A DNA stretch of 47,521 nt from Nemertoderma westbladi (GCA_032718475.1 JAUCBJ010008479.1:1-47521), one strand, 5' to 3'. Shown: positions 1 through 12,618, counted from the first letter of the stretch. Numbers and translations: made by a program. Notes: a model not told the origin generated them from the letters alone.

Positions 1-1371
1 AGCATTCTACAGTTCTAGGTACTTTGTACTTTACTTTTAGTATATTGTTTAGTTTACAAATATTTAATTACAAATTGTATTTGGTGGAAACTGGTAGCAA
101 TGCCAGGTTTGCCAACTGCAGCTGCTGCTAAGGCTAACTACAGTACAAGCTACGATTTCGTCTAAGCCTATGGGAGCTCTATCAGAAAGAAATAGGCTAC
201 TGCAAGTTGATGCTACCACCATCTCTTCTAATTTTTCCATACAACAGGAAGGGTATTTTAAAACGGCTGGATAATGAAAGGGGATTAACGTGTTGGGGTC
301 TCCACATAATAAAACATGAACCAATTGAGGGAAAGGAACAGGTTACATAGGCAGGCTTTTCTAACTAAAACAATAAACGGCCACTTTTGACTTTACCAAT
401 TGAAGGAGCCCTATCACCACATACAGACATAGGGCATGTGCTTATACATACAGAAGCGGGCTTTTCTAACCAACTACTACTACAATCGGCATGCTGCATT
501 GCAGCTGCATTATATATATAGGCCCTATTAAGAATGCTGTGCCTGCTTCTTGACAAAATTGCGCTTCCACATGACATTTGACATGACATTTGTTAGATCA
601 TCCGTATCTTCACTAGGCAAGTGTCCTTTAAGACAGTAAGAAAGATGCGTCTCAAGAAAGTCGTGCTGTCCACCATGCTTATTCACTCCATGAGGTGCAC
701 TGGCTGGTCCTCACAGCGAAAGCAATGTCCTGCAAAGTAGAGGCGGCTTTGTTCTAGTGCCAAGCTTGGGGGAACCAATGAAACACCTCCAACTCCAATG
801 TTATATAGCGTCTGGTTGGAGATGTGTGCATTTTACTTGACACAGTGAACCTAATCAAAACAATTAATCAATAAACATTAACTCAATAACATAATGGGTT
901 ACACAGTTACAGTTTACAGTAGTCTTATTTTTGCCTTACGAAAATACCACAGGTATGGGTATGGATGAACTATACAGCTATAATTCAACTACCGCGGTAC
1001 GGTCATACACCGCTAAGGCAGTAAGGCTACCGCAAAGTCATACCACTACCGCAAAAAGTAACTACTGATGTCTGACTGTATCTATGCGATCCCTGCTTAT
1101 AATACTTAGAATAATTAATTTGATCATTAAAATAATGTTGCATTGTAATTATGTAATATGCATGATATGTATGTCAGTCTGTCAGTATGTACTGACTGAC
1201 TGATGCGGGATGCAGTTGTGATTTAAATACCGATATATACAGTATAGCAGTATGGGTACACTTGGAGTTGTACTAAAGTCCTATATTGGACTTCCAGGAC
1301 TTCAGAGTCCAAAATTAGACTTGAAGTCTAAAATTGGACTTGAAGTCCAATTTTTGACTTCTCACCGACTG
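1..1371 (-). mobile_element. Partial copy of a non-autonomous TIR DNA transposon (same family as 18933-24445, opposite orientation); other end lies outside the window
   Basis: Ends in ...GACTTCTCACCGACTG (1371) with AGTCCAAWWTTGGACT subterminal palindromes. The reverse complement of 1-1371 aligns co-linearly to 18933-19347 + 22060-22898 + 23821-24010. Confidence 0.85.
473..851 (-). mobile_element. RTE-clade LINE 3' fragment carried inside the TIR element
   Basis: Reverse complement matches 29430-29795 (RTE C-terminus: RLxFAGHCFR, HGGQ) and ends in a (TAG)n tail. Confidence 0.8.
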
Positions 1372-1450
1372 ACAGATTCGTGTAGATTCGTCGGACCGCA
1401 TATTACCTAATAAAGTAATAAACTTACATAACATGTTTGTAAAAGCTTTT

Positions 1451-1580
1451 GTGGACATAACAAGCCATTTTTATCCGCAATATACCGTGTAGGTGTTTTA
1501 GCGGACATAACAATCCATTTTTACCCGCTATGTCTGCATGTGTGCTTTAGCGGACATAACAAGCCATTTTCTCCGCAATG
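1451..1580 (+). repeat. ~50-bp tandem repeat (2.6 copies) at the start of U3; also present in the 3' LTR
   Basis: G(C/T)GGACATAACAA(G/T)CCATTTT at 1451, 1501 and 1550, with homologous intervening sequence. Confidence 0.85.
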
Positions 1581-1671
1581 CGCTTAATACTCTAAAGGCC
1601 GGAACTCAGATGACGACATCTACCAGCTGATTTGCTGACATGGAACTTTCCCTTGTTCTTTGTTCGGCTCA

Positions 1672-1743
1672 GCCAATCAGAGCGATTTTAATTTTATGTG
1701 GAAAAGGAGCCTATGTAAACCGAGCAAGTCTGTGTATGTCAGT
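1672..1743 (+). promoter_or_regulatory. Candidate LTR Pol II promoter (CCAAT box, TATA-like box, Inr)
   Basis: GCCAATCAG at ~1672, TATGTAAA at 1712-1719 and TCAGT initiator at 1739-1743 (canonical ~29-nt spacing). AATAAA at 2227 and 2515. Confidence 0.45.
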
Positions 1744-2606
1744 AGTAGTGTTTATCTTTCTAAGCCCAGAACACCGGCTTAGGATTCTTCTGTACTTCTG
1801 TGGAAGTTTCAGACTTTGGCCAGAACATTGGATGGCTTTGATTAAAGAAACGTAAAACTATTACTGGCCATACTACCCCACGGCCATACTCAATGCACTA
1901 CGATTTGCATAAGTAACATATACTGATTGTTCACCGCATTATTTTACTGTTTGTTATAATTGTTATATATGGATGGATATGTTATTGTATTTGGAGAATA
2001 ACGATAAATAATCATAAACCCCAATCTTCTTGATTACTGAAGGTAAGAGGGACCAGTTACCTGTAGCAACGGCGACTTACATTATAGTGGTTTTTATGTG
2101 AATTAAATGCTATTTCATAATCCCTACATGTGTCAGTTGCTATCCTCCTTATGCATGATCAAATTCAGTGACGGTCGGCAGATCAGTGTGAAGTGGTGTT
2201 AAGTCATGTGCAGTAGTGTGACTGTTAATAAAGCATCTCCTAAAGAATGCGCCTTTTACGAAACTCAATAGCCATCTAGTTGTGATTAGTATAAGTCATA
2301 ACTCTGTTTTTATACTTAAAGCGCCTCGTCCTAAAGGAACTGTTAATATTTCCCCGAAAGTGAATATATTGTCAGAGATTATATAGTAACGATCAATCGA
2401 ATAATACAGTAGGTCTGCAATGCAATAATAAGTCAAAGCATCCGAATCCAGTCTCCCTTAACAGTGGGTGAATGGTTGCGCATAGACTGGCTTCGGCTAA
2501 TGTTATTTCAGTGTAATAAATAATTTTGTAGGCTAAAGTCGATTTATAAACAAGAAGACACCTAAAATTGGCAGGTTAAACTGCTAAAGGTCTAAAAGCG
2601 CAAACA

Positions 2607-2619
2607 GTAATAGTTTTAC
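2607..2619 (+). other. Non-tRNA primer-binding position, complementary to an LTR-internal motif
   Basis: GTAATAGTTTTAC immediately follows the LTR (no TGG). It is the exact reverse complement of GTAAAACTATTAC at 1852-1864 and 16399-16411. Confidence 0.7.
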
Positions 2620-4394
2620 TAGTTTCTTTATTGCACCGTAGGCAATAAAGTCAAAGGTACCGGTCGAACGGTAAGCTGTAGGCGTAACTGCCCAACTGCC
2701 CGAACCGGTACTTACAGGTACAACAGTATTATTAGATTTTGATAATTATATACCAGTAGGTCTTGATATTTAATCAGGGACGGCCGCCCTGGTTTTTTAT
2801 TGGGATTTTACTTATTTCTGTCAGTTTTATTTATCAGTAAGTGTAATATTGAGCAGAAGGAGTGTAAGCCTGCTCAGATTGTACAGATAATATGTAGGCT
2901 GGATTGTTGTCTAGCTGTTGTTAGGTCTGAAGAGATTGCAGTGTGTGTAGAGTGTAGGTCCGATAAAGTACTAGTTAGGAAAGTGGGGGCATCCAGTGTT
3001 GTAAGGTGAATCCGCCCCGAAAGAATAAGTCGTACTACTCGGTTAGAACGCATACTAACTAACCATTTCGGAGTCTGCATATACTGTAGTTTATTTGGGC
3101 TTGACAGTAGTCTGCCAGCATTTGGTTTGAATTTTGTTTGTATAGTCTGCACGGGTAGCGTAATATTTATCATTCAGAGTTTATGCAAGTATTCGCAACC
3201 TTCAAATACCCCAAGTTTATTCCTACAGTAATTGTGCTTGTTATACATACTGTTATAGTTAAATTAACCCCGGTACTACATCAGGGCTGCTTGGCGTAGG
3301 TAAAGACTGGTGATTTTATGCTCTAGTCACTCCAGCAGATGCCGTGGTTCTTTTAGCTGTTCAAGTATATTTAACTGCTGGTTATTTGTTGTATAAGTAT
3401 TTGTACCTAATCTAGGGTTTAGTGTACAGTACTTTCCGAAGGTAATTTAGTTTGTAGGCAGTATATTTGTGTTGTAAAGTGGTTAATAGGCACGTTAGCT
3501 CTGGTTGGCTGCGGTAATTAACTTCTAGGTAAGGACACTCCAGGTACATAACGTAGTACTTATAGTGCTGTAGAGCAAAAAGACTATAAGTCGTCAGACG
3601 GTGGTATTTTCTTATCTGGACAACGCAATTTATTTACTACTGCTTAATTATTTTCAAATACCGTAGTATCCTGTCCATTTGTAATAACCAGAAATTCTAA
3701 CTCCCTGTTAGACTGGTTTGTAGACTTCCTGTAAAATTACCCTAAAATTTGTACCTGTAATTTGTTATTGTTTATTTAGAGATTGTAATCTCACCCTATA
3801 TGTAAGTAATTAGTAGTAATAAGTAACTTAGTAAAGTAGAATTATTTGTTTTAGTGTCCAACAGGTAGCACTCCACTGAGAGCGTTTAGCTTCTGTGTAG
3901 TGACCCTTACCAGAAATAATAACATTTATTTCAAACATTATCAAAACCCATTATACGGGTATATATAAATATATTATAAATCAACTCAAACAGATTTATA
4001 AAATAGTAGGCCTGTCATACATCAATTAGGTCTTAATATCAGTTGGACTACTGCTTAATAACAGTAATAAAGTAAAGGAAAGTAACTCTAAAATTCAGAA
4101 ATTCAGTTATTCTAAAATAATTGACATTGCCGTTATTTATAGTAGGCTTATTATATTTATTTATATAAATTTATGCTGAAATTATATACCGGTATTCTGT
4201 AATTAATTCTAGTCTATAATAATACTTATATATACTATAAGTGTATACCGGTATCCTAATATATTATACATATATATCGCGTTACATTGAGTAACAATAT
4301 CGGTAATTAATTATTAGGCTTACAGTTGATACTGAATTACTAGATCTGCTTTAACTGTTGATATAATAGTAGGCATTCAACTGTATAATCAAAC

Positions 4395-4961
4395 ATGGCT
4401 GACACAAAGCAAACTCTGTCAGATAGTCTCCTAGAAACAACAGTCTGCAACTCAGACAGGAGTGTAGAACATCTTAGACCGAAGTTCAAGTCCCCTCCTA
4501 CTGTAAGAAAGGTCATCCCTCCAGTAGTAGTATCAGACCCTAGGCTGGTAAAGCACCGTAGGTCTATCATAGGCACTCGAGCTCAAGTCAAGCGGGACCA
4601 AGAGGCAGCTGTTAAACAGCATCAACATCCGAACCGAGAACTTATTTCTCAGCGGCCCGATAGCTCCAGTAGTTCAGATACTGTAGAGTTGACACCAGAG
4701 ATCGGAGCAAAGATGGCAGAAGCGGTTTATTCGGATCCCCTTCTCATTCTTCCTGAAGCCGTACTCACTAGGGTATTGATCATGGTGGAGGAACATCAAA
4801 TCGATTGGGCGAGAAGTAGGCGATCGACCAAGGACAGTTATGCGGGATACACAATGGAGGGACTGAAGTCTATTGTCGAGACGCAATGGAACTTCCCCGG
4901 CCCGGACTCTCGTTTAACTTATCGGAAGCTGCCTGGGAGGACTTATACCGGATGGGAGTAG
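4395..4961 (+). CDS. 188-aa ORF at the head of the element 1 coding region (probably frameshifted gag N-terminus, or a separate ORF0)
   Basis: ATG-initiated after a 1.8-kb leader; overlaps the next ORF in another frame; no recognisable motif. Confidence 0.45.
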   Translation: MADTKQTLSDSLLETTVCNSDRSVEHLRPKFKSPPTVRKVIPPVVVSDPRLVKHRRSIIGTRAQVKRDQEAAVKQHQHPNRELISQRPDSSSSSDTVELTPEIGAKMAEAVYSDPLLILPEAVLTRVLIMVEEHQIDWARSRRSTKDSYAGYTMEGLKSIVETQWNFPGPDSRLTYRKLPGRTYTGWE

Positions 4962-7900
4962 TAAAGGATACTCGAGATCCCGCTGTGTGGAAGAGGTCGG
5001 CAGCAGGATATGTCCAGGGATTCTTCAGCTCTTTGGAGCGATTAGAGGAACACCTGTTTCAACAACCTCACGGACCTCAAGAGCAGGGAGAGCTGCTTTA
5101 TCAAGTTCGAGAACGAATTCTACGGATCAGACTAATCCTTTCAGCCTTTGAGGAAGCCTCGAAGAGAAGCCAAGACACGTCGTTGCAAGTCGCCATAAAG
5201 ACTTGGTTCCAACGGGTGAGTCTTAAAGTCCAAGGAACAGCCTCATGGAAAATTCAACTAACCGAACGCTCGACCCAAGGAGAATCAACAGACGCCGCCT
5301 TTTCTCAAGTGGAAAGCAAAGTTACGACAGAAAAACCTCAGAAGAAGGACGCTATTGACATCTATCTGTTGGACTATCAGCGATTTATAGGAGACAAAGA
5401 GTTAAGGAGACGGTTAGCTGGACTTCACCCTAAAAGTGGGGGAGCCAAATTTGTGTTAGACTCATTAGATGCGGAAATTTTAGCCTCGGATCGAGCTAAA
5501 TTTGAGGAAAAAATCCGCATTGTTAGAGTCCAAGAAGAGCAGCTAAAGAAAAAACAAATAGAAGACAGAAAAGCAGCAACAGCGGCAGCGGCAGAAGTGA
5601 AAAGAAAAGCTGCAGTGGCAGAGGCAGAAAGAAAAGCGGCAGCAGCAGAGGTGAAAAGAAAAGCTGCAGTGGCAGAGGCAGAAAGAAAAGCGACAGCGGC
5701 AGAGGCAGAAAGAAAAGTGGCAATGGCAGAGGCAGAAAGAAAAGCGGCAGCGGCAGAAGCGGAAATAACTGCGGCAGTGGCAGAGGCAGAATGAAAAGCG
5801 GCAGCGGCAGAAGCGGAAAGAACTGCGGCAGAGGCAGTGGTCAAAGCGTTCTGCTTTGACCACTGCCTCTGCCGCAGTTCTTTCCGGAAGGCATCTGAAG
5901 AGACAACCCAACTCGAGTTGGAAAATCTTCAAGAGAAGCAAGACTACTTAAATAAACAGATAACAGCTAGTCAGATGCAGATGATAAGTCGATCTACTCC
6001 CAAGAGACAGGGATTTACATCATCTGATGAAGGTGATACAACAGATCCTTAAGGCGGAGGAAATAGATCTCGTTCCAACAGACGTAGAAGAACACCCCAC
6101 CGTCAGAAATTGCCTAATTTGCCCCCAGTTGTGAGAAGGCAACTAGCTAGTGTAGACTTAGGTAGTACAGAATCCACAGACCAAGTTATTAGAGTAGAAA
6201 GACTCCCTACTATAGTAGATGAGCCTGAAATAATTGGGCCTGTTCTCGAAGCCACCTCTTCTGTGATAGAGACCCCTGTACATCCAGAACCTAACTCTAA
6301 ATTCCCTTTGCACGGTACTAAACTACCTGTGCCCAGTAGAATAGTCCCTAAATTCCCCCCGGTCCTGGACGCCGAGCAAGACATCAACAATTTGTCGCCC
6401 GTCGTCCCTCGTCTGCCCGCTACTATGTTGGCGGCTCCCGCTTCGGCAGTAGAGTAGGTGGATGAGGGACGGCGGGAGATTTGTCTCCTGCTCGGGCAGC
6501 TGAGGGAATACCGGGTATGTTCCTCCCAGCAGGTCCGGGAGTTGGAAGGGACTGTTCAGCAGTTAAAGGGAACAGTAAGAGAGGGTAGGTTAGAGTTGCA
6601 AGAAGTGCAGCAGAGTATCGCGTTAGAACGCAATAAATTGGTAAATATACAAAGGGGTATACCACCACCCCCTGTAACAATGTGTCAACCTGTTAGGTCT
6701 GAAGTATTTCATGCGCAAGGTGTGGAGCCTACACGCATCTATACTGCTAGTGAAGTAGAAACTCCTATAGTAAACCCTATTAAGGATAATTATAAACCTG
6801 TTGATAATTATATTCCATATAGACCTGATCATAATCCGAGAAATTTATATACCGATAACTTGATATTAAATAATACGATGGCCCAAGAAAGTTTTATGCG
6901 TCAAATGGCTAGAACTGAAGCCCGTCAAGCGGTAAAGGTGGGAGAGATCGTCAAGTTCAATGGAGATGAGATGAAATGGTTACCTTTTAATGAATATTAT
7001 AAAGATAACATACAGAGTTCCGTACTATCCCACAGAGAGAAACTAAGATTCCTCATCGAGTGCTTGGAAGGACCTCCCAAGTTAATGGCGTTAAAGTTTA
7101 TTGGACATCCAGATGGATTAAGACAAGTTTGGGATACACTAAACATCAGGTATGGTAATAGGACTAACATAGCTAGGTATTTGTATGCGAAATTAGTAGC
7201 GCCCCGAACGTTTCTTAGCAGCGGGATTATAGAATTTTCCGATGAGATCCAGGAGATCTGTAGACAGCTAGATTGGTTAGGTAAGTCTCATGAATATCAG
7301 AGTTCCATGGTTATTGGAGCCGTAGCATATACTTTGTCAAAGGGTGGAGTAGGTACTCGTTGGGACAAGAGAGTGCTCTATATGATGGACCAGCAACAAA
7401 GAGACCCTACCATGGCTGATCTCATGTCATTCTTAAATGGAGAGGTAAGATTACAGCTCCTAAAACAGTCCCGATAGAAGTACCGGAAAATAAGGTAATT
7501 GAAAAACCGGTTTCTAGAAGAAAGGTAACACCAGTTTGTTATACAGATGACGGCAAAAGCCAAACCTCTCAAGAGGAGAATAGCGGGAAAGACACCGAAA
7601 GATCTTACTATGTCAACAAAGCACCTAAAGACGTAAGTAAATTTAAGTCTCGAACCAGTGACAGGAGAGAACAGGTTACAAAAACTCCTCCTACGTCTCC
7701 TAAGATAATTCATGGAAGAAAGCCCGAGGAAAGAACCAGTGTGCACAACACCACACAAGGTAAAGTAAGTAACATCAAGCCAAAATGTGCATTGTGCGAC
7801 GGGCCCCATCGTTTAAGTGTATGTGATGAATTCTTGAAGAAATCCCTAAAGGATAGACGTGATGTCATGAGGGATAAGCGGTTGTGTTATAATTGTCTCA

Positions 7901-7990
7901 GACAAGGACACCAACGACGAACCTGTTACTCGGACATGAGGTGCGCTAAGTGCGGCGCGAAACATCATATCTTGCTGCACACAGAATTTG
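4886..7990 (+). pseudogene. gag: Bel/Pao gag with long coiled-coil N-terminus; in-frame stops and a frameshift
   Basis: ORFs at 4886, 5837, 6110 and 6458 are all in one frame, separated by single stops. AEAERKAAAA repeats; core KFNGD..W..F / KLRFLIECLEG / WDTLNIRYGN; triple knuckle CALCDGPHRLSVC, CYNCLRQGHQRRTC, CAKCGAKHHILLH. Confidence 0.85.
5814..5886. repeat. Perfect 34-bp inverted repeat with a 5-nt loop inside gag
   Basis: CGGAAAGAACTGCGGCAGAGGCAGTGGTCAAAGC (5814-5847), loop GTTCT, exact reverse complement at 5853-5886. Confidence 0.95.
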
Positions 7991-10900
7991 AAAGAACCAG
8001 CCCGAGTCAGGTAAGTGAGTCTGAACTACATGTCCAATTCAGTGATGTGAACGACACTGACCACAGCTCTGAGATGGAAGGATTTTACACGGACGAATTC
8101 TCCGACGAAAACGAATCCTGTTATATGATAAACACCGCGGTGTATCGAGCGCTTACGTATGAGACTGAAACCGATAAAAAAACGCACCCAGCTATTCCTG
8201 ACCGACAACCATCTTGGAAAGCGCCAACTTCCAGCGTCGGAATCCGGGAATTCCTGGTAGTTCAGCTGAGAGTCCATGGATTAGGTAGGAGTTTTATAGT
8301 CAACGCCCTCCTGGACTCCGGCAGCACAGGAATATTCATCGACAAAGAACTAGCCAAAGACATCTTTGCTGGACAACCCAAGTTCCGAACTAAGTTGAAC
8401 CTTTCAGGAATTATGCAGGTTTGGAAATCTACAGTAGCTACGGACTACTATGTAGGAGCGGTGTCCACTCCCCAGGACAAACTAGGAGAACATAGCAAAA
8501 GGTCAGTAAAAATGGTGGCGATAAAGAACTTTGCTACCAGCCAAGTAGAACCTTACAACTGGGATGAAGACAATTTTACCCAGCAGCATGATATCCCTAA
8601 ATTCAACACCGACTACCCAGGGGTGCAAATACTGATCAGTCAAAATGCGCATGAGGCGCTTGAGACATTAGAAAAACGGCCTGCTCGACCGCAACCATTG
8701 CAAACATATGCGGGGAGAACAAGAGTAGGTTGGTACTTCACTGGACCTTCCCGTAGAACACTCATGGAAAGATTACCTACCGAACAAATACATCAGGTGA
8801 GTGAGTGGGAAGAAGAAATCAGTAAGGGAGAGATCACACCTGAGGGAACACCATACTCCTCAGATAACAACGATATTACTCAATTATTTGACGAGGAAAA
8901 TACAATCGACCTCCTCACCGAGAGTGAATTTTGGAAAAACCAAATGCAACTGTCCCATCTTGTTAATCATGGCGGACAACTTGACTACAACGACGAGCTA
9001 AATGAGGTGATAGATCGACACATCGCTAAGATTCGTGATGAACACGCAGTACGATTCTTTACTCAAGAAGCTGTAGAGCCTAATTCCTATGACAAAGCAC
9101 TATCGGTCGAGGAGGAAAGAGCCAAGCAGATCCAAGAAACGACTACACGTTTTCTTAAAGATCAAGGTAGGTATGAGATTGGTCTGCCATTCCGATGGCG
9201 AGAACCAAACTTTATCAATAACAGACCGTTAGCTGAGAAGAGAATCGCGCAACTACATCGGCGTCTTACAGCCAATGCTTCAGCTAAAGAGATGTATAAG
9301 ACCCAGCTAAAGAAATTTATCAATAAGGGATACGCGGAGCGAGTACCAGAAGAAACACCGTAACTGAGAACATATTATCTAACACATCATTACGTTCCCA
9401 AACCCGGTAAACCCAACGAAGTCCGGGTAGTATTCGACGGCTCCGCCCTTTACATGGGCCAATCCCTTAATTCTGAGTTGTTGCCGGGACCCAACTTACT
9501 ACAATCCTTGTTGGGAATACTCTTAAGACTACGGCAATATTCTATCGCTTTCGCCTCAGATATAGAAGGTATGTTCTTACAAGTCAAGGCACTGGATAGG
9601 GATCGAGACAGCCTACGATTTCTGTGGTGGCCTGAAGGAGACCTCAACCAAAAACCCGTGGAGTACTGGATGACCATCCAGGCTTTTGGAATCATCTCGA
9701 GCCCCTCGAACGCTTGTTCAGTAGTGTGTACCACTGCTGATGACAACCGAGACGCCTTATCTAAAGCGGTTATCGACAACATCAAACCGGATATATTCAT
9801 GGACGATAATTTAAAGTCCCTCCCATCGGTGGAAGAAGCCATTGATGTAGCCAAGGGAACGGTAGAGTGTTTGAAGCGTGGTGGATTTCGACTAACCAAA
9901 TTCACTAGTAACTCCCGTGAGTTTCTGGAATCAATCCCGGAAGAAGATCGAGGTGTTAAAGAGCTGAACCTTATCAAGGACGATCTTCCGGAAACCAAGA
10001 CGCTTGGTTTGAAATGGGACACGGAGAGAGATATCCTGTTTTTCCAGCTAAAACAGCAAGATAATCCAGTTCGAACTAAACGTATTTGTCTAAGTATCCT
10101 GAGCACTTATTTCGATCCATTGGGATTTATTAGCCCCATTACATTGGTTGCTCGGAGTTTAGTACAACAAATGTGGCTTGAAAACCACTCGTGGGACAAT
10201 CCACTTAAGGGAGAACTACTAAAGAAGTGGATGAAATGGGAAGATTCTCTACCATCCATCGAGAACTTTACCATTTCCCGTTCATATTTTGGTCACGTTC
10301 TCCCCACGTATTCCTATCAACTCCATGTGTTTGGAGACGCCAGCGATATGGGATTAGGTATAGTAGCCTACCTGAGAGTTGAAACTCCGGATGGAATTAA
10401 AGTTGCCTTGGTTACCTCTAAGGCCTTGATAAACAACAAACTACGAGTTCCTCGAGCGGAGTTAAAGGCGGCTCTATACGCTACAGCCATCGGCCGGAAT
10501 GTAACAGAACAGATCGACTATCCACTAGAGAAAACTGTCTATTGGACTGATGCTTCACTCGTTTTGGAGTATATAACCAATGAAGTCTGTCAGTTCAGCA
10601 TCTTTGTTACCAACAGAGTAGCCATTATACTTAGTCGCACTAATGTAGATAAATGGAGACATTGCCCTGGGACGATTAATCCAGCCGACATCGCCTCCAG
10701 AGGAGCGACTCCTCAAGAACTGATAGATACTCCGGACTGGTTAGGTGGACCCGACTTCCTAAGTAAAGAAGAAGATGAATGGCCTCCTCATCTTACCACG
10801 GCTGAGATTAGACAAGCCAAGGGAGCGGAGAAAGTCAAACCTAAAACCCGGACGAGTAAATCGAAGTTATTTAAACCCGTGATAGATCTGTGTGTACTAC

Positions 10901-12618
10901 ACATTTCCAGGGACGACGCTGTGGATCTAAACTCCCCCGCCACAAATAAATCTGTTGTGGAGATTAGAGAGAGAGACTGGTAATCTGGAACACCAGATGT
11001 CTCGCAGGGACTCTCACCTCTCCTGCAGAGAGCGATAAATCACTATAGCTCCTGGAATTGGCTTTGTAAGGCCGTCGGATATTTGAAGCGATGCTTCCAT
11101 CATCACTACTCCAGGATGAAGATCGCTAGTGATACTCCTCCACTGACATCTGCGCAGGTCCATGCTATTAAAGATCTTTCCAAATACAAGGTATCAGAGC
11201 GGTTTCTGACGGAGAAGATCAGTTACCAGGAGCATGAAGAAACCAATAAGCAGATACTGAGACTCCTGCAATGCTATGAAGATTCCGATAAGTATTTCCT
11301 GTTGTTGAGAAATCCACAGATGCGCTTAAGGGATCGTTTCTCTAGCACAATGATAGATGGATTAATACGCGTTGGAGGGAGACTAACTAATGCTCCATTA
11401 TCCTTTGACACTAAGTTTCCCATACTCATTAGAAATCTTGAAATACAAATCAAGATGATTGTAGATGTTCACAGTAGGCTTTACCATGCTGGTAGAGAAC
11501 GAGTTCTTAGCGAAATTCGAACTCGCTTTTATTTTCATAAACCCCGTAGAGCTCTGAACAAAGTTCTTAGGAACTGTATACCCTGTAGGAAAGCATTTAG
11601 TAGGTTTAACACAGTGAGAGGCAGAATTACCTAGGGAACGCGTAAGCTTCTATGAACCCCCCTTTACTAATACCGGTGTGGATTTATTTGGCCCTATTGA
11701 AGTATATCGTGCTAGGATAGGACTATAGTCAAGCGATGGTGTGTCATCTTTGTCTGTATGACTTGTAGAGCGATCCATCTAGATATGGTGAACGATCTAT
11801 CTACCAACAGCTTCATACTGAGTTTACGCCGACAGATCGCTCGCTTTGGAACTAGCAACACGATGAGATGTGATAAGGGAACGAACTTCATTGGCGCCAA
11901 TAATGAGATCAAGGCTTACGTTAAAGATTGGAACCAAAGACAGGTGGACAATCAGCTAAGGGTAACAGCATCTAGCTGGACCTTCAACGCCGCCGACGCC
12001 CCTTGGTGGGGAGGAATTTGGGAGAGATTAATAAGAAGCGTGAAGACCGCATTTTATTTTATAGTGCCGTGCCGCGCGTATCTCACCGACAAACTTTTGC
12101 GGATGTTAATGGAAGAAATCGCAGCCTATCTTAACGAGAGACCGCTTATGCCAGTCTCATCGAGTCCCGACTCCCTGGAAGCGCTAACACCCGCGCACTT
12201 CCTACTGAAGAAACCTGTAGCCATGCTACCACGATCGGAAATCACGGACGGAGACGAATACTGCCGACAAACTTGGCAACTTATGCAGTTATTATCCCAT
12301 TGTTTCGCTGACCATTTCGAAAAACATTATCTGCCTACGCTACAACTTCGAACCAAGTGGTTTGCGCAGCAAGAAAATGTCAGCGCCGGAGAAATGGTCC
12401 TTATTGTGGGGTCAGATCTTCCACGTAAGCGGTGGCAGAAAGGTCGTATCATCGAGACTCATATCTCCGATGATGGTTTAGTGCGATCGGTAGAACTCAT
12501 CATCATGCGACGTAACTTTAAGAAACCTGGAATTGTATTCGAAATGCAGCAGCTCAATCGCCCAGTTGGTCGTTTATGTTTACTGGAAAGAGACAGAGAA
12601 CTATCCGGAAACTATTGA
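7991..12618 (+). pseudogene. pol: Bel/Pao pol (protease, RT, RNase H, integrase), disrupted
   Basis: PR ALLDSGS; RT RVVFDGS, SDIEGMFLQV, FMDD; RH LHVFGDAS, PRAEL, WTDAS, NPADIASRG; IN H-H-C-C, GVDLFGP (shifted frame), CDKGTNF, GIWERLI. Stops at 9361 and 10981; compensating frameshifts at ~11610-11720. Confidence 0.92.

Larger units (their letters stand above)
1438..2606 (+). repeat. 5' LTR of element 1 (1169 bp)
   Basis: TGTAAAAGC...GCGCAAACA; direct repeat of 15985-17151 with roughly 25 differences counted by eye. Confidence 0.95.

Noticed and set aside
1-1371. Giant inverted repeat (with 18933 onward) bracketing element 1 as one composite transposon
   Set aside because: The termini face each other, and 18933-24445 has its own TIR pair and TSD, so these are two independent copies.
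1394-1400. GACCGCA / TGCGGTC (17297-17303) as TIRs of a small element around the minisatellite
   Set aside because: Only 7 bp, and no TSD could be identified.
1451-1580. CRISPR-like repeat/spacer appearance
   Set aside because: The spacers are homologous to each other, there are only three repeats, the array sits in a eukaryotic LTR, and there are no cas genes.
5425-5941. Minus-strand Ala-, Leu- or Cys-rich ORFs
   Set aside because: Antisense shadows of the gag tandem repeats.
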